A stretch of DNA of 64,000 nucleotides, from the NCBI GenBank assembly GCA_965204115.1, contig OZ241963.1:306489-370488 (forward strand), given 5' to 3'. Made by a program: the position numbers and the translations under genes. Numbering within the stretch: position 1 is the stretch's first letter; each line of letters begins with the position of its first letter. Shown here one piece after another: positions 50,030-58,583 of this stretch. The DNA is from Minisyncoccota bacterium (GTDB lineage: Bacteria; Patescibacteriota; Minisyncoccia; Phycocordibacterales; JABAAK01). The notes beneath the pieces were generated by a model. The model had not been told where the DNA came from and ran no database searches. It was given only the letters and a program-made list of their open reading frames with translations.

Positions 50030-50241
50030 CTTGCGCTGTGCAGTTTGATAATACTGCTGAAATCCCCGCTGCATATGCGAGCGCAGGGAGAACATACCGA
50101 GTCCAGAAACTCTCTATACTCCTCATCTGTCGCGGAGTATAAAAAGTTAGACAGGAGATTGCCGATGGTGGACTTGGTGGCAATTTCCTTGTGTAAAAAA
50201 TCTTCCACAAAATCTCGGAATTCGCCGTAACTTCGGTCCAT
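50011..50241 (-). CDS. Small hypothetical protein
   Basis: AAGGAGG RBS; resembles the upstream small ORF. Confidence 0.6.
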   Translation of the reverse strand: MDRSYGEFRDFVEDFLHKEIATKSTIGNLLSNFLYSATDEEYREFLDSVCSPCARICSGDFSSIIKLHSARGKNHF

Positions 50242-50254
50242 TATGAAAACCTCC

Positions 50255-50458
50255 TTATAAGTTCAGAAGTTCAGAAATTTTCTCGTCTTCCTCCCTTGCG
50301 GGGAGGCTGTAAAGTATATCAAGTGCAATAAAGGCCCCATAATCTTCTTGATCCATACTGTAGAGGCGCTGAAAGAAATCTTCATCAGATATAGGGTCTT
50401 TTATCCCACAGAAGAGCTCTTCCGCTATGTGTGTCCGAAACAATGCAAAGTGGTTCAT
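50255..50458 (-). CDS. Small hypothetical protein
   Basis: AAGGAGG RBS and TGGTATACT promoter upstream. Confidence 0.65.
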   Translation of the reverse strand: MNHFALFRTHIAEELFCGIKDPISDEDFFQRLYSMDQEDYGAFIALDILYSLPAREEDEKISELLNL

Positions 50459-50511
50459 GTATAACCCTCCTTACACCTGAGTATACCACGGACGGGGTGT
50501 ATACTGCAACT

Positions 50512-51306
50512 ATGAGGATATATTCTTGGAATGTGAACGGGTTGCGGGCAGTGCACAACAAAGGCGCGCTCGCGCAGTTTATTACAAAAGAAGATCCTGA
50601 TGTTATTCTTTTTCAGGAGATCAAGGCGAGAGAAGAGCAGTTGCCGGAAGGGTTACAGGATCCGAATTACATTCATTTCTACAATTCAGCGGAAAAAGCC
50701 GGCTATTCCGGCACGGCGGCTTGGGTACACACCCGTAACAAAAAAAAATTCAAAGATTTTTCAAAAGGGATGCCCAAATGGAAGGATACTGAAGGGCGTA
50801 TTGTGCAGTGTGAATTTGCCGACAAAAAAATCCTTATCACGGTCTATGTCCCGAACGGCGGCAAATCAGATGAGGCGTATCAGGAGAAACTACAATTCCT
50901 TGCCACCCTTGCTGCATACGCTAAAAAATTGCAGAAAGACGGCTATCAAGTCATCATCGGCGGTGATTTCAATGTCGCCCGCAGTGAGCTTGACCTCGCG
51001 AAGCCGGAAAAACACCGCGACCACACCCACTTTAACCCCGAAGTCCGCGCTGCTATGGAAAAATTCATCACTGTAGAGCTTGTAGACACCTACCGCTCCC
51101 GCAATCCGGATGAAGCAGGTGCCTACACCTACTGGGATAACTTCAGCTTCTCCCTCCCTCGCGGTACGAAGCCCCGCGATGTCAACGAAGGGTGGCGGCT
51201 TGATTACCTCCTTGCAGACCCGACCACTGACAAGAATATCAAACAGGCGGTCATTCATCAAAATATCTTCGGCTCTGACCATTGCCCGATTTCTGTGACA
51301 CTTTAA
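50512..51306 (+). CDS. xth: Exodeoxyribonuclease III / AP endonuclease
   Basis: SWNVNGLRA, QEIK, GYSG, YVPNG, GDFNVA, GWRLDY, SDHCP. Confidence 0.95.
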   Translation: MRIYSWNVNGLRAVHNKGALAQFITKEDPDVILFQEIKAREEQLPEGLQDPNYIHFYNSAEKAGYSGTAAWVHTRNKKKFKDFSKGMPKWKDTEGRIVQCEFADKKILITVYVPNGGKSDEAYQEKLQFLATLAAYAKKLQKDGYQVIIGGDFNVARSELDLAKPEKHRDHTHFNPEVRAAMEKFITVELVDTYRSRNPDEAGAYTYWDNFSFSLPRGTKPRDVNEGWRLDYLLADPTTDKNIKQAVIHQNIFGSDHCPISVTL

Positions 51307-51323
51307 TAGTTGTCAGAATTATT

Positions 51324-52064
51324 TTACTTGAGATATACCGTGATTGTATCAACATAGCGCTCCCTATCCTCAATATCAGATTGATTTACCCAATACTCTT
51401 GTGTAACAACTGCCTCTTCGGTTTCTCCTATAATTCTTTTTCTCCAGCCACGCAGCCCCGCAATGCTGCCTTCGCCATACAACCGAGCATCATCAAACTC
51501 CAGATCACCTTCTTTTTCTGACAAGGATTTGATCTCTAAATAATCATCAGTCCAACCCTCTGATGCCGTTGGGTATCCTGTGAACTGAAGTGCTCTGAGT
51601 ACCCTTTCATCCTCATGTATCAACTCTTTTTTAATTGTTATTTGTTCGGGCGTTACGCCGTCCACCACAATAAATTCATCTTGAGGGGGGTATCTGTCAT
51701 AGTCATCATAATTGTGTCGGAAATCACTTTCATTGTAGAATTCCTCATGCTTATTAATAAGTGTACACGGCTCCCCTTTATGTATTACAAGTATTTTTGA
51801 TATGGCAACATCCTTGCCGACATACCCTCCTGAATCTTTACTGCCATACCAATCTTTCTCAGGATTATTTGTAATAATCTCCGATTTTTCACTCTTTAAT
51901 TCTTCTAAAGATATTACCGGAATATTCATTCCTTCAAATTGAAAATACTCTTTTTCTTTTTCCTGCTTATTCCCTCCGCTTTCCATAGCACTGCCGTGCC
52001 TACTTGGTCGTCTTTCTCTTCTCCTTTGCCGTGGTGGTCGTGAAATTTTACCTTCAATATTCAT
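51324..52064 (-). CDS. Hypothetical acidic protein with Arg-rich N-terminus
   Basis: 246-aa AT-rich ORF filling the intergenic space; no family recognised. Confidence 0.7.
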   Translation of the reverse strand: MNIEGKISRPPRQRRRERRPSRHGSAMESGGNKQEKEKEYFQFEGMNIPVISLEELKSEKSEIITNNPEKDWYGSKDSGGYVGKDVAISKILVIHKGEPCTLINKHEEFYNESDFRHNYDDYDRYPPQDEFIVVDGVTPEQITIKKELIHEDERVLRALQFTGYPTASEGWTDDYLEIKSLSEKEGDLEFDDARLYGEGSIAGLRGWRKRIIGETEEAVVTQEYWVNQSDIEDRERYVDTITVYLK

Positions 52065-52110
52065 GTGATAGATAGTGTGTGTTTATATTTCTCTACTGCC
52101 TATATATATT

Positions 52111-52142
52111 ATTTTACCCCCCCCCCCTCGATTTTTTGTCAA
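52111..52142 (-). promoter_or_regulatory. Promoter with G11 tract in the -35/-10 spacer
   Basis: TTGACA-AAAAATCGA-G11-TAAAAT (20-nt spacer). Confidence 0.55.
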
Positions 52143-52162
52143 TCTTTTCCACAAAACTTCTT

Positions 52163-53947
52163 TTATCGTTTCTGTATCACCTTGAGGAAAGTGTCGTGCG
52201 ATACGGTCACCCGTCCGGCTGCGCCCATTTTTTGTTTTCCTTTCTTTTGCTTTTCGCGGAGTTTCATTTTTCGGGTGATGTCACCGCCGTAGAGTTTTGC
52301 CGTTACATCTTTGCGGAGAGCGGAGAGGGTTTTTGAGGCGACAATGCGTCCGTCCATTTTTGCCTGTATTTTTATCGCAAACAGTGCTCGAGGTATAGTT
52401 TCGTATAAGATGTTCACTAATTCCCGCGCTTCCCGCTCGCCACGGGTTCGGGACACAATACTCGCGAACGCCGGAAACTCTTCTTCGGCGAGGAGGATGT
52501 CCAGTCGGGTCACCTGTGCATCTCGCTGCCCGATTCTTTTGTATGATAATGACGCGTACCCCGAACTTACACTTTTTAGCTTGTCAAAAAATTGCCGCAT
52601 CATTTCCCGCAGTGGCATCTCACCCTGTACAATACATCGATGGTTTTTAAAATCGTTGACCCGCAACACAAACCCCTCATACTCTCCAACCAGTTGCGAT
52701 ACCGCTGATACCTGTTCCGCCGGCGCGATGATGTCCACTGCTACCCACGGTTCAGTAACTGACTCTATCTCGTGCTTATCAGGAAACTTAGACGGTGTTG
52801 CGATCACTGCTGTCTCACCGTTCTTTTTAGTGACCGTGAAATCGGTGCTCGGCGCGGTAACCACCAGCTCTATCCCCGCCTGCCGGCGTGCTCGTTCAGT
52901 AATAATCTCAAAATGCAGCATTCCCAAAAAACCACACCGAAACCCCTTCCCGAGTGCTGTTGATCGCTCCTCTTCGTAGGTGAATGCCGCGTCTACCAGC
53001 CGCATTTCCTGCAAGGTGTGGTGGAGGGTGTTGTAGTCGTTCGCGTCCTGCGGATAGAGCGACACCCAGATGACCGGCGCTACCTCTTGGTATCCCGGGA
53101 ACGGTGCTGCGCTTGACCGCGCGCGAGTAATGGTATCACCAACAACTGCGATGCCGGGCTCTTTAATGCCCGTTGTGAAGTAGCCGATCATCCCTTCATC
53201 TATCGTTTCGGCAGACACCATATCCGGCTTGCATACGCCGACGTCCTTCAGTGTAAATGCGGTGTCTATTCCCTGCAGCATCAATCGCTCACCTTTTTTA
53301 AAGGAACCGCCGAACACTCGCGCGAATGCGTTGATGCCGGTGTGGTTGGTGTAGGAAAAGTCAAATACCAAAGCACGGGCATCTTTTTCGGTGTCTTTTC
53401 GCGGTGCGGGGAATTTTTTTATAATCTCCTGCAGTAACGCCTCCACCCCTTCGCCTGTTTTTCCTGAGACCAACAGCACTTCTTCCGGATCGCAGTCCAG
53501 CAAATCCGCAACCTCAAGTGATACCTCGTCTGTACGCGCATGGTTCATATCTATCTTTGTCAGCACCGGAAGGATGACCAAATCCAACTCCTGCGCCATC
53601 TCCAGCACTGACAAAGTTTGTGCCTGCACCCCCTGACTCGCGTCAACCAGCAGTAGCACCCCTTCCACCGCCCGCAGTGATCGCGAAACTTCGTATGAAA
53701 AATCTATGTGTCCCGGCGTGTCGATGATGTTCAGCGTATACGATACGCTATCCTGCTGATACTGAATGGACACCGGCTGCATCTTGATGGTGATTCCCCG
53801 CTCCCGCTCAATATCCATCCTGTCCAGCACCTGCTCCTGCATTTTTCTCTTTTCTATTGTTTCGGTGTATTCAAGCAGCCGGTCGGCAAGGGTTGACTTC
53901 CCGTGATCCACGTGCGCAATGATTGAAAAATTTCTTATGGTTTCCAT
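52163..53947 (-). CDS. lepA: Elongation factor 4
   Basis: IRNFSIIAHVDHGKSTLADR, ERERGITIK, GFRCGFLGMLH, LYGGDITRKMKL. Confidence 0.97.
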   Translation of the reverse strand: METIRNFSIIAHVDHGKSTLADRLLEYTETIEKRKMQEQVLDRMDIERERGITIKMQPVSIQYQQDSVSYTLNIIDTPGHIDFSYEVSRSLRAVEGVLLLVDASQGVQAQTLSVLEMAQELDLVILPVLTKIDMNHARTDEVSLEVADLLDCDPEEVLLVSGKTGEGVEALLQEIIKKFPAPRKDTEKDARALVFDFSYTNHTGINAFARVFGGSFKKGERLMLQGIDTAFTLKDVGVCKPDMVSAETIDEGMIGYFTTGIKEPGIAVVGDTITRARSSAAPFPGYQEVAPVIWVSLYPQDANDYNTLHHTLQEMRLVDAAFTYEEERSTALGKGFRCGFLGMLHFEIITERARRQAGIELVVTAPSTDFTVTKKNGETAVIATPSKFPDKHEIESVTEPWVAVDIIAPAEQVSAVSQLVGEYEGFVLRVNDFKNHRCIVQGEMPLREMMRQFFDKLKSVSSGYASLSYKRIGQRDAQVTRLDILLAEEEFPAFASIVSRTRGEREARELVNILYETIPRALFAIKIQAKMDGRIVASKTLSALRKDVTAKLYGGDITRKMKLREKQKKGKQKMGAAGRVTVSHDTFLKVIQKR

Positions 53948-55578
53948 ACGCGATTGATAATCTGCACTGCCCTCTTTTTCAGTATCTCACTCTCAGGGTT
54001 TTTGAGAATACGCAGCGTTATATACCACACTATTGCTCCGACAATGCTCATACCTCCGATAGCAATAATACCGTTAACGGAGTTGAATTGCACATCTTTG
54101 AATAGGAGCGCGTTTGCTGTTATTGTTGCTATTGCTAATGCCGTAATAGCAATGATGTTCTGTGTAAACGCCTGAAGTAGCGGCCTGAGGTTCTGCTGTA
54201 TGCGGCGCAGCAGTATGGTTGCTATTGTTATTGCCGCGAATATTTCCGGTATGACAATGAGTAGTGCCGTGATGAAAAGGATGCCGTATGCGGCAGATTC
54301 CAGTCCGGTTATTTGCTGCACCATTGCAGCAGCATTTGGGTTTTGCTGTATAAACGGCACAACCGTGTAAATTAATATAATTTCAAACGCAGAAAGCGTG
54401 AAGAAAATAAGACACACTGCGAGCGCGCGACCGCAGGCATAGAGTGCCTGCGCGCAGATGGTTAAGATACTCATGGTTAATGCGCTGATAATAAGCACCC
54501 CGACAATAACGGCGGTTATTGCTGTTGTCTCTGCGGTGAAAGATCCGGTCTCAAAGAGTAAACTGATGAGTGGCTCCCGTAAAATGAATACAAACGCGAT
54601 GATGGGGAGGATGAAGAAGAATAGCCGCCGCAATGCGGTTTCAACCACTGAACGAAATGCAGGCATATCATTCTTGGTGAAGTATGTTACTAATATCGGA
54701 AATGTTGCGACTGAATATGCTATACCGACGAGACCGGTTGGTACTGCTTTTAAACTCTCAGCAAAGTGGTAGATACTGAGCGCGCCCTCGGAGATACCCG
54801 CCACCACACTGAAAATGAGGATGTGTGTGATGGTGTATGACAGAAGCGCTGATGCGCGGGGTATTGACATCTTCACCGCTCGCCAGCATTCCCGCACAGT
54901 GTCTCTTGTCGGAGCAAGGTGCGGCAGGAGGTTGTTGTGTAGCAGTGTGGGTATTTGTATACCGACATTCAGTATTATCCCAAGCAGCACCCCGAACGCG
55001 AGTCCTACAGTTCCGAACACCGGATACAGCACAATAACACCGACGATAATACCGACATTATAGAGCAGTGCCAGTAATGAGTAGAGGAAGAATTTTCGCT
55101 TAAGTTGCAGTATCGCGGTGAAAAAGCTTGATATCGCAAAGAGTGATGCCTGAATGAGATACATCCTGCTGAACAGCACAAAAGTTTGAAACCCTTCCGG
55201 TGAAAAGTCGTCAAACAGCCACTCCCCAAGAGACGGTATGGCGAAAAAGAGTATGGTACTGCCTAATACCAAAAAGAGCACTAAAAAATAGAACGAGGTG
55301 TTCACAAACTTTTTCAATACTGCATCCCCCTGTCTCATCTTCTCTTCAAACATCGGCAGCAAGGCATAGACCGAAATAAATGCTGTCGCTATCATAAATA
55401 GCACATCCGGTATCCGAAAACTCGCCACATAAATGTCCAGCAGCTCACTCGCCCCGAAATAGTGCGCGAATGTTCTTTGTCGCAAAAACGATAGCACATA
55501 TCCGATTACGCTCACGCCGCCCAGTATTAGGGCGATTGTATGCACATTGGTGTGCGACTTATTCAACAACTTCCGCAT
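53935..55578 (-). CDS. murJ: Lipid II flippase MurJ
   Basis: FGAS..LDIY.ASFRIPD, LYNVGII, TFP, multiple TM helices. Confidence 0.88.
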   Translation of the reverse strand: MRKLLNKSHTNVHTIALILGGVSVIGYVLSFLRQRTFAHYFGASELLDIYVASFRIPDVLFMIATAFISVYALLPMFEEKMRQGDAVLKKFVNTSFYFLVLFLVLGSTILFFAIPSLGEWLFDDFSPEGFQTFVLFSRMYLIQASLFAISSFFTAILQLKRKFFLYSLLALLYNVGIIVGVIVLYPVFGTVGLAFGVLLGIILNVGIQIPTLLHNNLLPHLAPTRDTVRECWRAVKMSIPRASALLSYTITHILIFSVVAGISEGALSIYHFAESLKAVPTGLVGIAYSVATFPILVTYFTKNDMPAFRSVVETALRRLFFFILPIIAFVFILREPLISLLFETGSFTAETTAITAVIVGVLIISALTMSILTICAQALYACGRALAVCLIFFTLSAFEIILIYTVVPFIQQNPNAAAMVQQITGLESAAYGILFITALLIVIPEIFAAITIATILLRRIQQNLRPLLQAFTQNIIAITALAIATITANALLFKDVQFNSVNGIIAIGGMSIVGAIVWYITLRILKNPESEILKKRAVQIINRVWKP

Positions 55579-55623
55579 AGGTAAACAAGTGTTAGTATAC
55601 CACCCTTTCTGCTACCTCCGTCT

Positions 55624-55676
55624 TTTGGGTCAATGAAAACAGGTGCCTATTCGGCACCTGTTTTCATTGACCCAAA
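55624..55676. terminator. Perfect 24-bp inverted repeat at the 3' end of RNase P RNA
   Basis: TTTGGGTCAATGAAAACAGGTGCC-TATTC-GGCACCTGTTTTCATTGACCCAAA. Confidence 0.75.
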
Positions 55677-56016
55677 CGATAAGCCGGATTCTGTGTCCGC
55701 GCTTTGCGCGGATGGCAATCATTTATCTTGGCACACCGTTACCGGTGCGCTCTGTGCGGCACTCCGTGACATCGCTGCCTCGGCACGGCCTTGCACCCGG
55801 GTAGGAATTTAGCCGTTTCACCGCCGTGTCGCCACGGCGCTCACCTCAAAGAGGTGCCTTCACTTCTCAGATCAGGCGTCACTGCTCGCATCCCTCGGTT
55901 TTCACCGGACGGGCGTTACCCGCTACCTTGCTCCGCCTCAAGAGAGACGGGAGTGTCCGGACTTTCCTCTCGCACCACGCATAGCGCGCAGTACGAGCGA
56001 TTACCTATCTGGGTAC
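55668..56016 (-). ncRNA. rnpB: RNase P RNA (ends approximate)
   Basis: GAGGAAAGTCCGGAC near the 5' end and ACAGAATCCGGCTTA near the 3' end (P4); P1 ACCCA/TGGGT; TGGTATACT promoter at 56021-56029. Confidence 0.95.
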
Positions 56017-56052
56017 AGATAGTATACCAAAAATAGCATGTTCTCGCCACTG

Positions 56053-56529
56053 TTACTTGAGTGTAACAGTATCTCCGATATGTATCCGCCCTTTCGTATA
56101 TCCCGCAGGAACCTCAAGGACATATCGTGCCGGAGTTGGCGAGGTGAACACTTCTGGGTAGGTGTTCGGTGCCACGGATTTCTCAATGTGCACTACCTTC
56201 ATCGCCGCATCAATCCAAATGATGTCTATCGGAAACCGCATATCCTTCATCCAAATCCCGTGTGTGTCGTCGGTGTCAAATATAAAGAGCATACCCCGAC
56301 CCTCTGCGAGTGATGGTCGGTGTGAAAGTCCGGTGATTTTCTGCTCTGCTGTTTGCGCTATTTCAACCTGCAGCACAGCGGCACCCACAGTCAGTGCATT
56401 CTCTTCAAGCCCGCTATTCGCCACCCCTGTGTTGTTTTCTTTATGCTGCTGTGTAGCCATATTTATCCCTATGCTTACTATGATAGCCCCAAGGATACAG
56501 CCAAAAATTATCTTATTCTTTTGCTCCAT
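56053..56529 (-). CDS. DUF192 family protein
   Basis: VEIA...GLS.R..L...GMLF, WMKDMRFPIDIIW, YVLEVPAG. Confidence 0.9.
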   Translation of the reverse strand: MEQKNKIIFGCILGAIIVSIGINMATQQHKENNTGVANSGLEENALTVGAAVLQVEIAQTAEQKITGLSHRPSLAEGRGMLFIFDTDDTHGIWMKDMRFPIDIIWIDAAMKVVHIEKSVAPNTYPEVFTSPTPARYVLEVPAGYTKGRIHIGDTVTLK

Positions 56530-56920
56530 CTTTTTCTCGCTTGTTCAGTGATAATGCGCAGGAGTTAATGCAGTATCGCTGTCCGGTCGGTGTATCCGGT
56601 GCATCTTCAAACACATGCCCTAAATGTGCGCCGCACTTTCTGCACGATACCTCCGTTCGCACCATACCCTGCGACTCGTCTTTTGACAGCCGCAATGTGT
56701 CCGTGCCTGTCGTATCATAAAAACTCGGCCACCCCGTTTTTGAATCAAACTTTGTCTCTGAATCAAACAATGCTGTTCCGCATACTGCGCAATGGTACAT
56801 GCCGTCATCTTTCGTCTTGTAGTACTCCCCGCTAAATGGCGGCTCCGTTGCCCCTTCTTGCGTTACCGCATATGCCTCTTCTGATAATTGCTCTCGCAAT
56901 GCCTCTTTGTCTGTGTCCAT
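56513..56920 (-). CDS. msrB: Peptide-methionine (R)-S-oxide reductase
   Basis: TEPPFSG, KFDSKTGWPSF, RTEV.C..C.AHLGHVF, RYCINS. Confidence 0.96.
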   Translation of the reverse strand: MDTDKEALREQLSEEAYAVTQEGATEPPFSGEYYKTKDDGMYHCAVCGTALFDSETKFDSKTGWPSFYDTTGTDTLRLSKDESQGMVRTEVSCRKCGAHLGHVFEDAPDTPTGQRYCINSCALSLNKREKDGAKE

Positions 56921-56943
56921 ATACCGTTTACTATACCATCACT

Positions 56944-58524
56944 TTACCGCAGCACCCGCTTCAGTCGTCCGATCATTTTTTCCGCTCGCTTCTGTGCTTC
57001 CTGTATGTATTTCTCAACGCTTGCTATCTTTTGCACGGTGCCGTTGGCGACTTCATAGCAGGAGCCGATTTCTAATTCCTCAAGGAACCAGCGGTTGTGG
57101 GAGACGAGGAGGACGATGCCCGTGTATTTTTTCAGCATCTCTTTAAGGGCGGTTACTGCTTCCATATCCAGGTGGTTAGTCGGCTCGTCCAGCAGCAGTA
57201 CATTGACCCCGAGCGTGATAAAAACAGCGAAGAGCAGCCGCGCGCGCATCCCCGACGACAGCCCGCCGACTTTTTGCTGCATCGCCTGTTCACCGAGCCC
57301 CGCTTTTTTTAACATATATATTGCCTCTTCATTACCTTTGTTGGTTTGTGCGATAAAAAAATCTATTGCCTTTTCATTCCTGTCCGCCCGCTCGTGCTGT
57401 TGCAGCATATCACCCAATACAACTCCCTCTGTTTTGGTGACCGCTCCGCTCAGTGGCGGCAGTATCCCGGTTATTGTTTTTAAGACCGTACTCTTTCCTT
57501 CACCGTTCATCCCCATCAGGCACAGCCGATCCCCCATCTTTATCGTCAAGGAAGTCGGCCCTATACTAACGCCGTCCTGATAGCCGGCGACCGCCTCATC
57601 TAACACAATCTCAATATCTCCCTCCGTCTGTCGCGCCTCCAGCTCAAGGGTAAATGGCTCTTCTTCAAACGGCTTTTCAACGGTCTCCATCCTCTTAATG
57701 CGCCGCTTCATTACTTTCGCCCGCCGTTGACTCGCTGATGCCTTGTCCATACCTGCTCGCGCAATATACTTATCACTGTCAGACAGCTCAAGGGTATCCC
57801 CTTTTTCAACCTGCTTCGCTGCTGCCTGACTGGATGCCTCAAGCCGCTTCACCTCTTCTTGGTGCCGTGTATACTCTTTCATCTGTCGGTCAAACTCTTT
57901 CTTTTTGCGTTCTAAATAATCGCCATAGGTGCCCCGCTCCATACTGAGTGAGCCATCTTTCAGCTCAAACACCCGATTTGTCACCGTGTTTAAAAATACC
58001 AGGTCGTGTGAGATCACGAGCATCGCCTTTTTTGCTGTCGCAAGAAATGACTCCAGCCAGAGCAGTGCCGGAATATCCAGATTATTGGTCGGCTCATCCA
58101 GCAGCAATATGTCAGACGGTTTTAACAGGAATTTGGCGAGTAGTATCTTCGTCTGCTGCCCGCCGCTCATCTCAGACAACTTCTGCGCGGCAACTTGCTG
58201 CGACACCCCCAGCCCTTCTAGTACCGGGAAAAAATGATGCGGCTGCAGATCAGTGCCGTCCTGTATATACTCTATGCCCGTCTGATCAGTGTTTTCTGCG
58301 GCAACCTCCTGCGGCAAATATGACACTGTTCGGCCGCTTGTCATCTTTACCTCCCCACTGTCTGCCTCCTCAAGCCCTGCGATTATTTTCATCAGCGTGC
58401 TTTTTCCCGCTCCATTTCTTCCTACCAATGCAACTTTATGCCCTTCATCAAGGGTAAACGATATATCACTAAAAACCTGCTCCCCGCCGAACCGTTTCTC
58501 AATTTCCCGTACCGATAGTAACAT
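56944..58524 (-). CDS. ABC-F family ATPase
   Basis: Two ABC domains (GRNGAGKS/MSGG/LLDEPTN and GMNGEGKS/LSSG/LLDEPTNHLD) joined by a helical linker; no TM helices. Confidence 0.93.
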   Translation of the reverse strand: MLLSVREIEKRFGGEQVFSDISFTLDEGHKVALVGRNGAGKSTLMKIIAGLEEADSGEVKMTSGRTVSYLPQEVAAENTDQTGIEYIQDGTDLQPHHFFPVLEGLGVSQQVAAQKLSEMSGGQQTKILLAKFLLKPSDILLLDEPTNNLDIPALLWLESFLATAKKAMLVISHDLVFLNTVTNRVFELKDGSLSMERGTYGDYLERKKKEFDRQMKEYTRHQEEVKRLEASSQAAAKQVEKGDTLELSDSDKYIARAGMDKASASQRRAKVMKRRIKRMETVEKPFEEEPFTLELEARQTEGDIEIVLDEAVAGYQDGVSIGPTSLTIKMGDRLCLMGMNGEGKSTVLKTITGILPPLSGAVTKTEGVVLGDMLQQHERADRNEKAIDFFIAQTNKGNEEAIYMLKKAGLGEQAMQQKVGGLSSGMRARLLFAVFITLGVNVLLLDEPTNHLDMEAVTALKEMLKKYTGIVLLVSHNRWFLEELEIGSCYEVANGTVQKIASVEKYIQEAQKRAEKMIGRLKRVLR

Positions 58525-58583
58525 AGTATGTACTATACCATTTTGAAATGACCATTCTTCATTACCAAATTACCGACTAAAAC

